A DNA stretch of 63,992 nucleotides, counting the filler, from Folioceros fuciformis (Eukaryota), in NCBI GenBank assembly GCA_049999805.1. It is 5 parts of 5 records of this genome, joined end to end, with 100 filler letters (N's around TTAATTAATTAA, not from the genome) between each part and the next. Parts side by side here need not be neighbours in the genome. Positions count along the whole stretch, not along the records: positions 24,631 to 37,349 come from JBNGIO010003249.1; positions 37,450 to 49,880 come from JBNGIO010003251.1; 3 more parts are not named here. One strand, written 5' to 3'. The translations under genes and the position numbers were made by a program. How positions within the stretch are numbered: the first letter of the stretch is position 1; each line of letters starts with the position of its first letter. The notes beneath the pieces were generated by a model, which was given only the letters and a program-made list of their open reading frames with translations, was not told the DNA's origin and made no database searches. This document shows, in pieces, positions 35,616-47,523 of this stretch.

Positions 35616-37321
35616 TCAGCGAGCTGTTACTGTGTCCCTGATGAGCTTCTCCGTGAAGTCCCAAAGCCGCTTGGCCAGATCCGTGTCCTGTGCCAACTTA
35701 CTAGGTACTTTTTCGTTACAGTTGTCAAAATATTTACCACTCACCCCCTTGAGACTCGGGTGGAGAGCCACGTAGACAGTAGTTGATGCCCCCTGCACAA
35801 AAGTGACCACAGTCTTGTCAGAAGGCGGAGATACAAATCTTACGTTTGCTGAGAAGGGACACTTGCCACACTTCATTACCAACCTGCGGAATGCTCTTCC
35901 ATAGGTAGAATGAGAACCACCTCAGTACCTCTGCATTTACCAATCGTGTCGGTTAGCAGTAAGTTCTGACTGTAAATCGATGACAAAGGGTTATCGGGTC
36001 CAGAACGGATGTGTACCTATTGTTGTGCGCTTGTGTCTATCAAGATTTGTTTTGATAAATCCAGGGTGAACAGCATTGGCCGTTACATTGGCTCCTTCTT
36101 CCTGCCATCACAGCCTCACTTTTAGCCACATCCTTGGGAATACAACATCTTGTAATAATCCGGAAAATTACTGATTCAGCTGTACCTTCAGTCGTCTGGC
36201 CAACTCGCTGGCATGGAGCACGTTAGATAATTTCGATTGCCCGTAAGCACCTATAGGATCGTATCTGCAAGAAAACAGACGAGACGATCAGGCGGAAAGC
36301 AGAGGGCAAAGAGACGTACAAGTTATGCAGACAGTTTATCAGTACCCGTTCTTGTCATTGATTTTGTCAAATTTTATTCCCTTTTTGTATACAAGATTGT
36401 GACCGAACGAGGACAACATCACAATTCGTCCCTCCACACCAGTATCCTTTGCAGTCGACTTCAACTTCTCCAGCAGCAGGTTTGTAAGATAGAAATGCCC
36501 TGGACAGCAACGCCGTGAGAAAATCCTGCCACGGAAAACCAGACCTTATGTACGAATCTTTTTCCGCGGATTCAGACAAAGACTTACCAACATGGTTGGT
36601 AGCAAATTGCAGCTCAATCCCGTCCACTGACAGCTGATGGGGGCACATCATAACACCCGCATTGTTTCTACAAGAAGAAAGCCACGACATCAGAGACTAA
36701 ACCTGTCCACAGCTTCCACAGATATACTGTCAAATCTCAATCCATACTCACATGAGCAGATTCAAGGGATATCCCGTGGCCAGAAATTCATCGGCAAACT
36801 TCTTGACGGACGCCAAAGAGCTGAGATCAAGCTCCATGCACTCCACTTCTCCATTCACAATGCTCTTCTTGATACTCTGCTTCACGCTCTCAGCTGCCTT
36901 CAAATTCCTCGCCGCAATAATCACTCGAGCTCCGCGCAAAACAAGAACCCGCGCTGTTTCAGCTCCAATGCCACTGGCTCCGCCTGAAACAGAACAGAAT
37001 CTTGTTCCAATTTCTCTCGTTTGGCCACACACTACAGACAAGTCTCCTTCACTCCAACTCCACAAAAACTCCACATTGCGGACTACTCCGATTCGCACAA
37101 GCCCGCTCTACTCCAATCCTAAGCATGGTTCTCACAAACCTCCACCTCTCCTCGTCAGGAGCGCAATTTCTGGAGTAGCAAACAACAGCAGACGAACCTG
37201 TTACAATGGCTGTCCGGCCTCTGAGATCAATGCCGTTCGAAACCTCCTCTGCTGTGGATGTAGACCCGAACCCGCTTTTCCCCTTCTTGCCAGTAAGCAA
37301 GTCGTAGAATCCGACAGACAT
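35616..37321 (-). CDS. Short-chain dehydrogenase/reductase, TIC32/retinol-dehydrogenase-like, multi-exon
   Basis: [58 protein letters not shown] (YxxxK), [18 protein letters not shown]. Confidence 0.93.
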
Positions 37322-37349
37322 GACTGGATGGAGAAAACAGCACGACACG

Positions 37350-37449
37350 NNNNNNNNNNNNNNNNNNNNNNNNNNNNNNNNNNNNNNNNNNNNTTAATTA
37401 ATTAANNNNNNNNNNNNNNNNNNNNNNNNNNNNNNNNNNNNNNNNNNNN
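37350..37449. other. Assembly spacer
   Basis: Same N/TTAATTAATTAA/N linker. Confidence 0.98.
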
Positions 37450-37902
37450 TCTGTTCGGAATAAGCATGTATGAATTATAAGTAGATAACGAGTCCAAAGA
37501 AGTAATCCATTTCTTCAACGCAAATTTTCACCCATTTCCACACATGAGTACATACAGTAAAAATATCCCATAAATGAATTTTTTTGACAATAGATTGGGA
37601 TTTCTTCTAAGAACTATACAAGAGCAAATATAGCTCAAAAACTAGCTACTAGCCCTCAACACAAAACTAGAAAAGAAAAACACGAAATAGAAAAGCAAAA
37701 AATCTTGAAAATGCTAATAACCCTAGAATCTAAAATTTGATGGCCAGTTTAGCTCACTAGGTCGAGTAACTTTCAATGTGCAATGAAGTTTCATTTTCGC
37801 AAGAGAAAAAACTTCAAACACCCATCACTGCATCAAAGAAAACTTGGAATTTAATAAGTTATCTAAATTATGAGCCATATTTTTTTTCATTTTTTATCCA
37901 TA

Positions 37903-39123
37903 TTAATTACATGGACTTATCTTTTTACGGCATTTTCTCTGTGCATCTGAAAATAAACATGCCTCATCTAACAAATATTCACGATATTTTTGTATGTCTT
38001 TTATGTTTAGTACGGTTTCGTTACACATATCATCTAGATATATTTCAACTGGAAAATTTAAGGTAATTTTGTATGGCCCAGCCGAGGTTGATTTCCGTGT
38101 AAGTTGGTATTGCACTCCACATAGATACATCTTAATCTTCATCTTATCACATGCATATGCAGCTTGTTTTGCAGAAGTATAACTGCCACAAAATACTTGT
38201 TTGCCCGTTCGTTTCTTTCTCAATACTTGTTTGCCAGCTGGTTTCTTTTTCACATTTAGTTTGGCATTTCTCCTAGGACGACTTGACGTGGATGGTTGAT
38301 CAAGTTGAGATGAAGAATCTTCCTGAACAGTTGAAGTAGAAGTAGCTGGACACCATACATAACAATCAAATTTACCAGTAATCTTACTTGTGGTGACTCC
38401 TTGATATTGTTCCTCATCCTCATTAATACTTTTTATCCATGCATATTTTGTTTCAACCATCTCTTGCATACATTTTAACACATATGCTCTCATGCTAACT
38501 TGTTGATCAAGAGCTGGCCTAGCCGGTCTAATAGGCATTAATTTTGCTGGACGAAGTCCACTTGACATTCTGTGTGCACTTTCATCACACTTTGATCCAA
38601 TTATGAGCTGATTTGTATTCCCTTCATAATGTGTGGATTCATCATCTTCATTATCCACAGGTCCATCATCATCTCCACCTTCCATGGGCTTCTCATCCTC
38701 TTCACTATCCATGTGTTCATCCTCATCGCCATCCATGCGTTCATCACCCATATCACCCTCATTGTGTGCATAAGTCCCATTGTGATCCATGGATTCATTA
38801 TGCACATCAACATAGTTCTCATTACATAAAGCCTCACGTATGCAGCGTCCTGGGTCTATCACCCACTTTGCATATGAAACACGAATTGTTGGTGACTGAT
38901 TACTAGATGCACTGCATTGAAAGTTTGAAGGAATTGTAACATCTATGAATTCCTCACTAGATGGTGGTATATAATCAATCCAAGCTTGCAAACGTCCACG
39001 AGCATATTTCTTCGTATGTGTATCAGTTGTTGTAGAGATATGCTCTTCATTTGATGTAGGCCCTTCTTGATCACATTCCTCTCCAGGTGACATGTAACTC
39101 TTATCATCATCCATATTGCACAC
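37903..39123 (-). CDS. Intronless ~400-aa ORF with an acidic region and a divergent AP2-like DNA-binding domain
   Basis: QYQGVT...TGKFDCYVW [insertion] GKQVFCGSYTSAKQAAYACDKMKIK...LNFPVEIY parallels the AP2 consensus YRGV..GRYEAHxW..GxQVYLGGY..AARAYD...NFP. Confidence 0.6.
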   Translation of the reverse strand: MCNMDDDKSYMSPGEECDQEGPTSNEEHISTTTDTHTKKYARGRLQAWIDYIPPSSEEFIDVTIPSNFQCSASSNQSPTIRVSYAKWVIDPGRCIREALCNENYVDVHNESMDHNGTYAHNEGDMGDERMDGDEDEHMDSEEDEKPMEGGDDDGPVDNEDDESTHYEGNTNQLIIGSKCDESAHRMSSGLRPAKLMPIRPARPALDQQVSMRAYVLKCMQEMVETKYAWIKSINEDEEQYQGVTTSKITGKFDCYVWCPATSTSTVQEDSSSQLDQPSTSSRPRRNAKLNVKKKPAGKQVLRKKRTGKQVFCGSYTSAKQAAYACDKMKIKMYLCGVQYQLTRKSTSAGPYKITLNFPVEIYLDDMCNETVLNIKDIQKYREYLLDEACLFSDAQRKCRKKISPCN

Positions 39124-39940
39124 CCTTTTCCCTTACGCCTTGAGGCCACACCACCCTTGTATTCTTAGCTGATGTATCAAAGAAACACTTAGTCAAATCT
39201 AGAGAAGACCAATGAGCAAATCACTTGCCCCTTCGAGACAAGACATATAAAGTGATTGAGATCATGAGACTTTCAAAGTTCAAGCTTGAGTCGTCACTAC
39301 TTGCATCTTGACTTAACAGATACTTAGACTAGGCACTTAGGCTATACATATATAGAGATCTTCCCAAGTTATCGAGAAAGTATTAAATCTCAACGAAGTT
39401 CTCGTAACAAATTAATCAAGAATCAAGGACTACTTATACTTAATACAGTGGCGTCACCCAAGTGCAGACCATGCTATGGTGGCTGATGCTCTTGGAGGAA
39501 AACATTTCTTTGTCCTCTTGTAGCAAAGGAGAAATGTGTGCGGCTGCCCATGCAGCAGGCTGTGGTGGCGGAGAGGTCCAAGTATGAATGTACATAGTTG
39601 CAAGGCCAAAGCCAAAGGCAATTATTGTTGTAAAGCAACAGCGATGGCGTGTGTTGTATGCAAGCCAGCAATAGCAGCTTGCGGGCACACACCAAGAGCA
39701 TGCTGTGACCGACACCGTCATGTCGAGCACGATTTAGGGTACAGATATGTACGGAGGAGTATCTTTTTCAAGACGAACAAGTATCTTAGAAGTTGGAGAT
39801 CTGGTGATACGGAGATTGTTAAGCCATGCAAAGCGAAGGTTGATACAAGGCGGAAAGCGAGTGACTGTGTGCAGTGTATGTTGATTGAAGCAGGCGACGA
39901 CGCTTGACAGGCCCCGGCACATTGCTCGCTAGCTCGGTCC

Positions 39941-40752
39941 ATGGGGCTCGTAAAGCTGGCGCTGGCAGATGCCGGTCTGACGTTCCTGTGGGTGCTCCTT
40001 ACGGGACCGCTGGGCGCCGTGGTGGATTGGCTGGCCCGGCCGCTCGGCTTGTCTGCGAGCTCCTCCGTCTTTCTCGTCGCCTTCATCATATTTGTGCTCA
40101 TCACCATCTTCTCGGCCTTGGGGCAGCAATTGGGAGGGGCCAGTTGGAACCCGACGTCCCTGGTCGCCTTCTGGGCCGTGGGAGTGAGCAAGCTCACTTT
40201 TCTGGATGCCGCAGTCCGGTTCCCAGCTCAGGTAGGAAAGGGAAACATGGTGCACCCCTACTGGCTTTCTCTTGATGCGAGCGAGAGTTGAGCATGGCAT
40301 GGCTGAGCGGCTGTGGCTGTGGTTGACAGGCTGTGGGAGCAGCAGCCGGAGCCGTGGTAGCGAGGGAACTCACGCCGCATTACTACCAGCACTTCCTAGC
40401 GGGGCCTGAGGTCAAAGTGGATTTGCACACGGGCGCCGCCATCGAAGGCGGGCTCACCTTCCTCATGACGCTGGCGGTGCTCGGCGCTGTTCTCAAGGGC
40501 CCTAAAAGCGACCACGGCAAGACCGCCCTCATCGTCGTCGCTACTATCGTGCTGGTGGGATTAGGGCAGGCCTACACCGGTCCCGCCATGAACCCGGCCA
40601 ACGCCTTCGCTTGGGCCTTCTTGCGGAGCGGCCATTTGGACTGGGAGCACTACTACGTCTACTGGCTCTCGCCACTTCTCACAACCTGGCTTGCCTCCTC
40701 CTTCTTCGCCTTGCTCTACAAGCCTGCAGGACGCAAAGAGAAGGCTGCTTGA
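39941..40752 (+). CDS. SIP1: Aquaporin, SIP subfamily; intron 40232-40329
   Basis: LGGASWNPT and YTGPAMNPANAF loops, RFPAQ|AVGA, LHTGAAIEG, YVYW, C-terminal KxKxx (RKEKAA) ER signal. Confidence 0.93.
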
Positions 40753-41593
40753 TAGATAAATGTGCCAGCTGGTAGCGCGTGCTTGTTCCTCTGTCTCGCT
40801 TCTCCTTCTTGCTCGGAGCAAATCTCGGACCGGGGGCTCGCTTAATTCACGGCGGGACACCTCATTGACAGGAGGCGTGTTCTCGCATCGGCCCTGTTCA
40901 GTCACACAAGCAGTTCCCAACTTTGTACTTCCCAATTGCCCTGCTTGGAAGGAATTAAAATGAAATTGCATGGTCAGGGTTACAGCGACTGATCTCACTG
41001 CCCAAGCTTGATGGCTTGCAGAGTAACGGAATTTGGAAGGCATGCACACCCCTACACATAAACATGCTCTGTATTATCCTCGTGCGAGCAACTTCGAGGA
41101 CGTTCCTTACAGCAGTTGACAGCACTTCTAAGGATCTTGGATTGCATCAAGCAGCTCATCTTCCCGTAACCAGGAAAGAACACGGAAAAACCCAACTTGC
41201 ACTCGTTATGGATCATTAGAGTACAAATTTAGAGACAACAGTAGCAGTTTGAAGAGAGTGGAATTAACTATCCCACCGCCTCGGTACCTTGTTCCCATTC
41301 GTCTTCCGCCCTGGGTTGCAGGATTGGCCATGGCTTTGTCATCCGTCGAAGTCGGGAGCTTCTCATTTGCTTAGGTCCAGGCAGAATGTACAGTATGTGG
41401 TGACAACCTTGACTTTCACCTTCGGTTTTCTCCAACCCTCGTATGACGGTATCCAGTTCTCAATACAAGATTCGGGGCCATATTTTCACTCCATTCCGAG
41501 TCCTCGAGCTTCCAGATGATTGAACACTTCACCATCCTTAGCATATGCCTCGGATGTATCCGGAGACTCCCATAACCAGCCGTCTGTTCAGTG

Positions 41594-43240
41594 TTAACCA
41601 ACGACAGGAAAATATCCCTCCACGATGACAACTCCTTCCGATACTTTGGTCGTCAACTTCTCCAAACTTGAGAATTGCTGTGTGACAGGAAAAGAAGGAC
41701 GGGCTGCGTTCTCCCCAGCGAGGAATGGTGAAATAGCCACAATCAACTTCTGAGGAACCTCTTCATCGAATGCCTGAATCCCTAGAAAGCTTTCAAGCCC
41801 TGACTGGTTGGGGCCACGAACATCCAGGAGCACAGAACAAACGCCCCTTGTGTATAAAGTGTCCAGGACTGCATCAAGATTCAAGGATTCCATGGCAACT
41901 ACCTTAACACCCTTGGCTACGAGTCGAGACTCCATGGATTCACCAGACCTTTGGCTTGTGCTCTGCACATCTGCCACCAGTGCGTTGCCATCTGTGAAGA
42001 CGAGAGTAGGACCCAAGGCAGTGTCGAATACTGGCGAGTCTCCTGGAAGCTGTAACGACCGTGCCAGTACCACTCTAAGTGGCTGCTTTGCCCCTGGCTC
42101 ACTCGAGAGCAAGACGGGGTTATCATACACAGCTGCATCTGTTACCACCACCGCGTCATACTCTTGGAGTAACTGGCTGTAATAACTTCCAGGCTCTCCA
42201 GGCATTGCAGTGCTCCCCAGGAAAGCTCCATCTAACGACAAGGAATACCTGATGGCCCACAGTTCACGTCAACTTGTAACAGGCTGTACCCAACGATTTT
42301 CCACCAAAGGACATCAGCTCTCTTGTCCCTCACCTGAGAGCCACAAAGGGCTTGCTGGTAAGAATGTTGTGAAGGAAGACGCTGTTAGTAGCGCGACATA
42401 GCTCTTCCTCAACCCCAACCACAACTTCAATTCCTGCCTTTTCAAGAGTTCGGACACCTTTGCCAGCCACCAGCGGGTTAGGATCCACCATGCCCACCAC
42501 CACCTTCTTAACTTTGGCTCTCACTAAAGCCTGGCTGCAAGGTGGCGTTCTTCCTACGTGATTACAAGGCTCCAGACTCACGTACACCGTAGCTCCATGC
42601 GCCTTGCTTCCAGCTTCCCGCAAGGCAAACACCTGGTACGCACGCTCAACACACTTCACCTGAATTCTGGCAAAAGAGGATCATTCACAGCGGCAGGGCA
42701 TGGGACTACTACGGTACCTCGGCGTGAGGCTCCCCTGCTCGAGGATGAAATCCACGGCCCACAATTTCACCGTCTTTCACAATCACGCATCCTACCATGG
42801 GGTTGGGAGAAGTATGGCCTTTTGCGCTTTTGGCCAATTCCACACACATCCTCATGTAGTACTCGTCCAAGTTCGTAGTCTCCTCCACCACAGCAAGAGG
42901 ATGTGCACTTGCGCATCGTAGCACTGGTGAGGAAGCACATCCGCCTGATCCATGCTGCATTGCACATTTGTCAGCGGGCTGAACCCATATATGCTGTCTC
43001 AAGGACATGCCAGAGGGCACAGCACAGCAAAGGAGACTTTCATGCCACTGCAAACGTACTCCTCTCAACACCCAACGGCTGACTGTAGCGCGCCATCCCT
43101 GGTCTGAAACTCCAGTGCGCGCTGAGAAAGTCCTTTCTAGGAATCCTGCCCAGCAATGCACCGCCCTGCTTGCACCGGAAGCTGGGGACTTGAAAGTGGA
43201 ATGACCTGTAAGACACAGCTGCGGTCATTGTCGACGTCAT
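41594..43240 (-). CDS. PYRD: Riboflavin-pathway pyrimidine deaminase (plant PYRD) with plastid transit-like N-terminus, multi-exon
   Basis: [47 protein letters not shown]-terminal reductase-like domain of the degenerate plant type ([12 protein letters not shown]). Confidence 0.9.
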
Positions 43241-43396
43241 GGTTTCCTGTGCGCTGGTCCAGGTACCAGGGAAACGAAGGCATGGAAGACAGGAATTGAA
43301 GCACAGAAGAGGAAGTGTACAAAACTGAAGGCTTTACGTGGACAGTTCGATCAGTGATTATCGCTTTGAACCCCGAACAACGGTGAACCCTGTGTC

Positions 43397-43410
43397 AGGG
43401 TTTAGGGTTT
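43397..43410 (-). promoter_or_regulatory. Telo-box (AAACCCTAAACCCT) in the ~400-bp divergent PYRD/eIF2B-epsilon promoter
   Basis: AGGGTTTAGGGTTT on the + strand, upstream of a translation-factor gene. Confidence 0.45.
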
Positions 43411-43642
43411 ATGTAATTCGAGTTACCAAGCAAATTGACTGTTGTAGAACGGATCGAGGACTTCCTGGCATCCCTGTTACGAGACAGCCTCAAGAAGCGA
43501 ATTTCTGACCGCGTACCAGTTGGTTGTGTGCTGCTGCGCTGATCGGTGTCGAGCACATGCGCGTCTCCATGCCCCGGATTTCTGTGTCCTGTTCCTGTTA
43601 GCGCTGTGCTGCAATTTTCCTGAGCTGTAATTCAGGTTTGGT

Positions 43643-46600
43643 ATGGCTAGCAAGCGGGCCTCGAAGGCCACGGAGGTTGCCGACGATGAAGCCATCACCC
43701 CGCTGCAGGCCGTGCTCCTGGCTGACAGTTTCGCGCAAAAATTTCGCCCTATCACGCTCGAGCGGCCCAAGGTAGATCAGCTGAAATGCCTCCGTCGGAG
43801 GGATGCTACTCTGGATTGTATTGGTGCCAGGATGCGTGTTGCACTTCCGAGCTTAAGATCTCAGCAAGGGTCAGGGTTTTCTTCAGTTCACTGAATTCTA
43901 TGCCGTTTTGAAGGTGTTGCTGCCGCTCGTCAACGTTCCTATGATTGAGTACACGCTGCAATGGCTGGCGTCCGGGGGTGTGAAAGAGGTTTTTGTTTTC
44001 TGCTGTTCCCACGCTAATCAGGTTATCAGCTATTTGGAGCGTTACAACTGGAATTCACAACCCAATTTGAACGTGACTGTCATAGAGTCTCACGATTGTG
44101 TCAGCGCCGGTGATGCACTGAGACTTATCGAACAACAAGGCGTCGTACGTCCCGTTACATGAATTGTTGTTATGTCAGACTTCCAATTCTCATTCTTGTC
44201 ATCAGCGCAGCCCCTGGTTTGTTCAAAACGATGACGTATTTTCTGTTTCATTAGGTTCGTGGTGATTTTGTCCTTGTAAGTGGCGACACTGTAAGCAATA
44301 TGTCTCTCAAGGAAGTAGTAGAGCAACACCAAGAGAGACGGAAGCAGGACAAGCTGGCGGTGATGACTTTGGTTGTCAAGAGGTCAAAGCCGAATCCCTT
44401 GACACACCAAAGTCGGCTCGGTAATAATGAGCTGGTGTTGGCCATCAATCCGAACACGAAACAGCTCCTCTACTATGATGCGGGAAAGGATTCCACTGGT
44501 GTAGATGCAACAAAGCCTGATATTGCCTTAGATTGGTCTCTTTTCTCTGAAAATCCGGCTGTACAGCTATGCATTGATCTGCAGGTTTGTGTGAATGCGT
44601 GGGCTGGTTTATATGCTCTTGTGTTTTCGCTAGATTTGGTTGTCAAGAGTTGTGTGTCGCCTGTCCATTTGCAAATGTCGTGATCAGATGGAAACAGTGT
44701 GGTGACATGTCGCATTTCTCTGTGTGATTTCAGGACTGTCACATCGACATCTGCTCACCTGAGGTCCTATATCTGTTCACTGACAATTTTGACTATCAGC
44801 AGCTTCGGCGGGATTTTGTTCGAGGCGTTCTTGGCGATGAGGTATTTGGTGAATTTCTTGTGCTTTTTGATGCGCAGAGAATTGAAGGGTTCAGCCATGT
44901 TGAGATTTTTGTTGACACTGCTGGAAGGTATGTGGAATTGTATTGTTATTGTTTCATGTTGACTGACACACAGGTTATGGGAAACAAAATATTCACCTAT
45001 GAGATTTCTGGAGAATACGCAGCACGGATTGACAACCTCCGTGCATATGATGTGGTCGCTCAAGATATCATCCATAGGTGGGCATACCCACTGGTGCCAG
45101 ATAGCCAGCTTCTCAAGCATAAGAATGATGCAAGGGTCACAGTTGATCGGTGCAATGTGTACAAGGCAGATGGTACGTCAAATATGTGGCTTGCGCTGTT
45201 AGTGGTTTGATAATTGCAATGTAGGTTTGGACTTTGGTTGTCTGTGTTTCTCATTGTGCACGAATTTTTCCATGATATACTGGTTAGCACGTCACGCTGG
45301 TTTCAGTGATTTCATGCAGGGGTGGTACTGGCTCGGACTGCTGTTATTGGGGAAAGTACGGTTGTGGGCGAGGGAACGACTGTGGGGGAAAACACGGTGA
45401 TACGGAAATCTGTAGTCGGAAGGGGTTGTACAATTGGAAGGAATGTTATAATTGAGGGCAGTCATATATGGGATAATGTTACCGTCCATGACAATGCTAA
45501 GCTGTACCAGGCAGTAGTATGTGACTGTGCTGTCATAAAAACACAGGCAGTTTTAGAGCCAGGCGTCGTGCTCTCCTTCAACGTAAGTATTAGCTTGGTT
45601 CTGACTGGAACTTCCGACGTTACCTTCACTTTCTGGGGTCTGTCTTGTTTACTCTGTGGAATGCATTTGCTGCAGGTGGTCATTGGGCCCAATTTTGTAG
45701 TTCCGGAGTACTCCAGAATATCTCTTCTTCCTCAGCCCACTGAAGAAGACAGCAGTGATGAGGAACTTGAGTACGTTGATTCAGCCATTGGTAGTCCGCA
45801 AGATACTCACCTGGCAGGTACACGAACAGCTCACTATAGTGCTATTGGTGGTAATTGGAGCCACCCAATTTAACATGAGCAAATGCAAGGCACCTCTACC
45901 TAGGTTCTTATAATTGTTGTTACACTACAGAGCAGGAGACAGTAGCTGGATCTGCATCAGGTTCAAGTGGCAAGAACTGTGAGTGGGACATTGAAGAGGT
46001 GAGTCAGCTCTTATCTAGAGTTTCTCAAAAATAGTGTGGGCCAATTTGTCGTCATCTGAACAGGCGGGCGTCTTTCAGGTAGGTGTTACGGGAGCTGGTT
46101 ATAGGTGGTCCATTAAAGGAGGTGGCCAGGAAGAGGAATGGAGACATTCAGTCGCCCCTATTCCGCGCAAAAGGGTCCGTGAGCTTCTACTTAAGGATGA
46201 ACAGCTCGAAATCGAGGCTGCTGTCCAAGATGATGGCACTATTGTTGGCCAGCAAGCAAACAATGAAGTAGACAGCGAAGTTGATGACGAGGACCAGGAG
46301 GGTGAGGATGACTTTGATAAGGAGGTGAGTGAGTCAGTCACGGAATTCCTTGTTTGGGTTTAGGGTTTAGATGAAAGGAGATTTTGAACTATTTCAGGGT
46401 TGTGCTAGGTTGACATTGCTTCATTGTCTCTCCCTTCTGAGTAGGGACAGTTGAGAGAATTGACATTTTATCGAGCGTATTGGAGTCTTAAATGGAACTG
46501 TGTTATAAACAGGTGGAAGAAACGTTTAGGAGGGCTGTCATGGTAGAGGGTATTACACAGGAACACGTGGTTATTGAAGTGAACGGTCTGAAGTAAGGCA

Positions 46601-47523
46601 GCTGTCATAATGTTCATATGTTTCTAGAATCGTGTTGCATGGACTGCAGGAGGATTTGTGACATTTCATGAACGGAAAAAATCACAGTTTGAATGTTTGG
46701 TGCAATCAGGCTTGCATGCAACCGGACTTTTAGCGACTGTGCTGGAGCGTTATTCAAAGCTCTCTTGAACTTGGCTTTAGAGGCGTCTCGTCAGTCGGCA
46801 AGTATGTCCTCGGTTGATTTTCCTAGATACAGCTGTCTGAAGTAGAAAGCTTTAAGCTTGTTCAAGTAGTTATAGACGGGTAAGGGTACTCCTCCGTTAA
46901 CACGCATGCTTGCACCTTTCAACAGAGGAGCTGCTTAATAACACTTACAAGGTGCTTACTCGGTGGGGCCCGTTGCTTAAGAACTATGTAAAAGCGGAGG
47001 AGGAGGAGGTAGGTCTCTGTTTAGCTGCTCAACACCGGAAACGTGGAAGGTCCGCACAGGGGTGTAATGGTTTCTCGATTGTTTTTTATGTGCAGGTGGA
47101 AGTACTTCTGGTGTTCGAGGAAGTATGCCTGGAGTCCAGGAAGGAGTTCGCAAACCTGTTTTCAGACGTAAGTAGCCATAGCATTAGTCATGGTCATTTC
47201 ATTGGGAATTATGACCTCGAATTCTGATCCATTGCAGCTTGTTCCAGATTTTACGAGTCCTTTATGATAAAGATCTGATATCAGAAACTTCTATCTTGAA
47301 TTGGGCGGAGGAGAAAACGGATGCAGATGAATCTGATCGGGTGTTTTTGAACCAATGTCAGCCATTCATTAAGGTATGTGTGTGGATCGAAACGCGTGCC
47401 CGCCCTCGCAGTATTACCATGGTGTTTTTGACGTTTGAATGGATTGGGCCGCCGTTGATGTGGATGCAATTGGTGAGTTTGCAGTGGCTTCAGGAGGCAG
47501 AGGAAGATGATGGCGACGACTAG
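43643..47523 (+). CDS. EIF2B5: Translation initiation factor eIF2B subunit epsilon, multi-exon
   Basis: LQAVLLADSFAQKFRPITLERPK|VLLPLVNVPMIEY, DCHIDICSPE, DNFDYQ, IIHRWAYPLVPD, left-handed beta-helix repeats, W2 domain ending WLQEAEEDDGDD*. Confidence 0.95.

Noticed and set aside
39170-39410. Possible solo LTR (TG...AACA) upstream of the AP2-like ORF
   Set aside because: No second copy, PBS, PPT or clear TSD in the window.
41594-42245. Bifunctional RibD deaminase-reductase
   Set aside because: The reductase-like half looks like the usual degenerate domain of plant PYRD.
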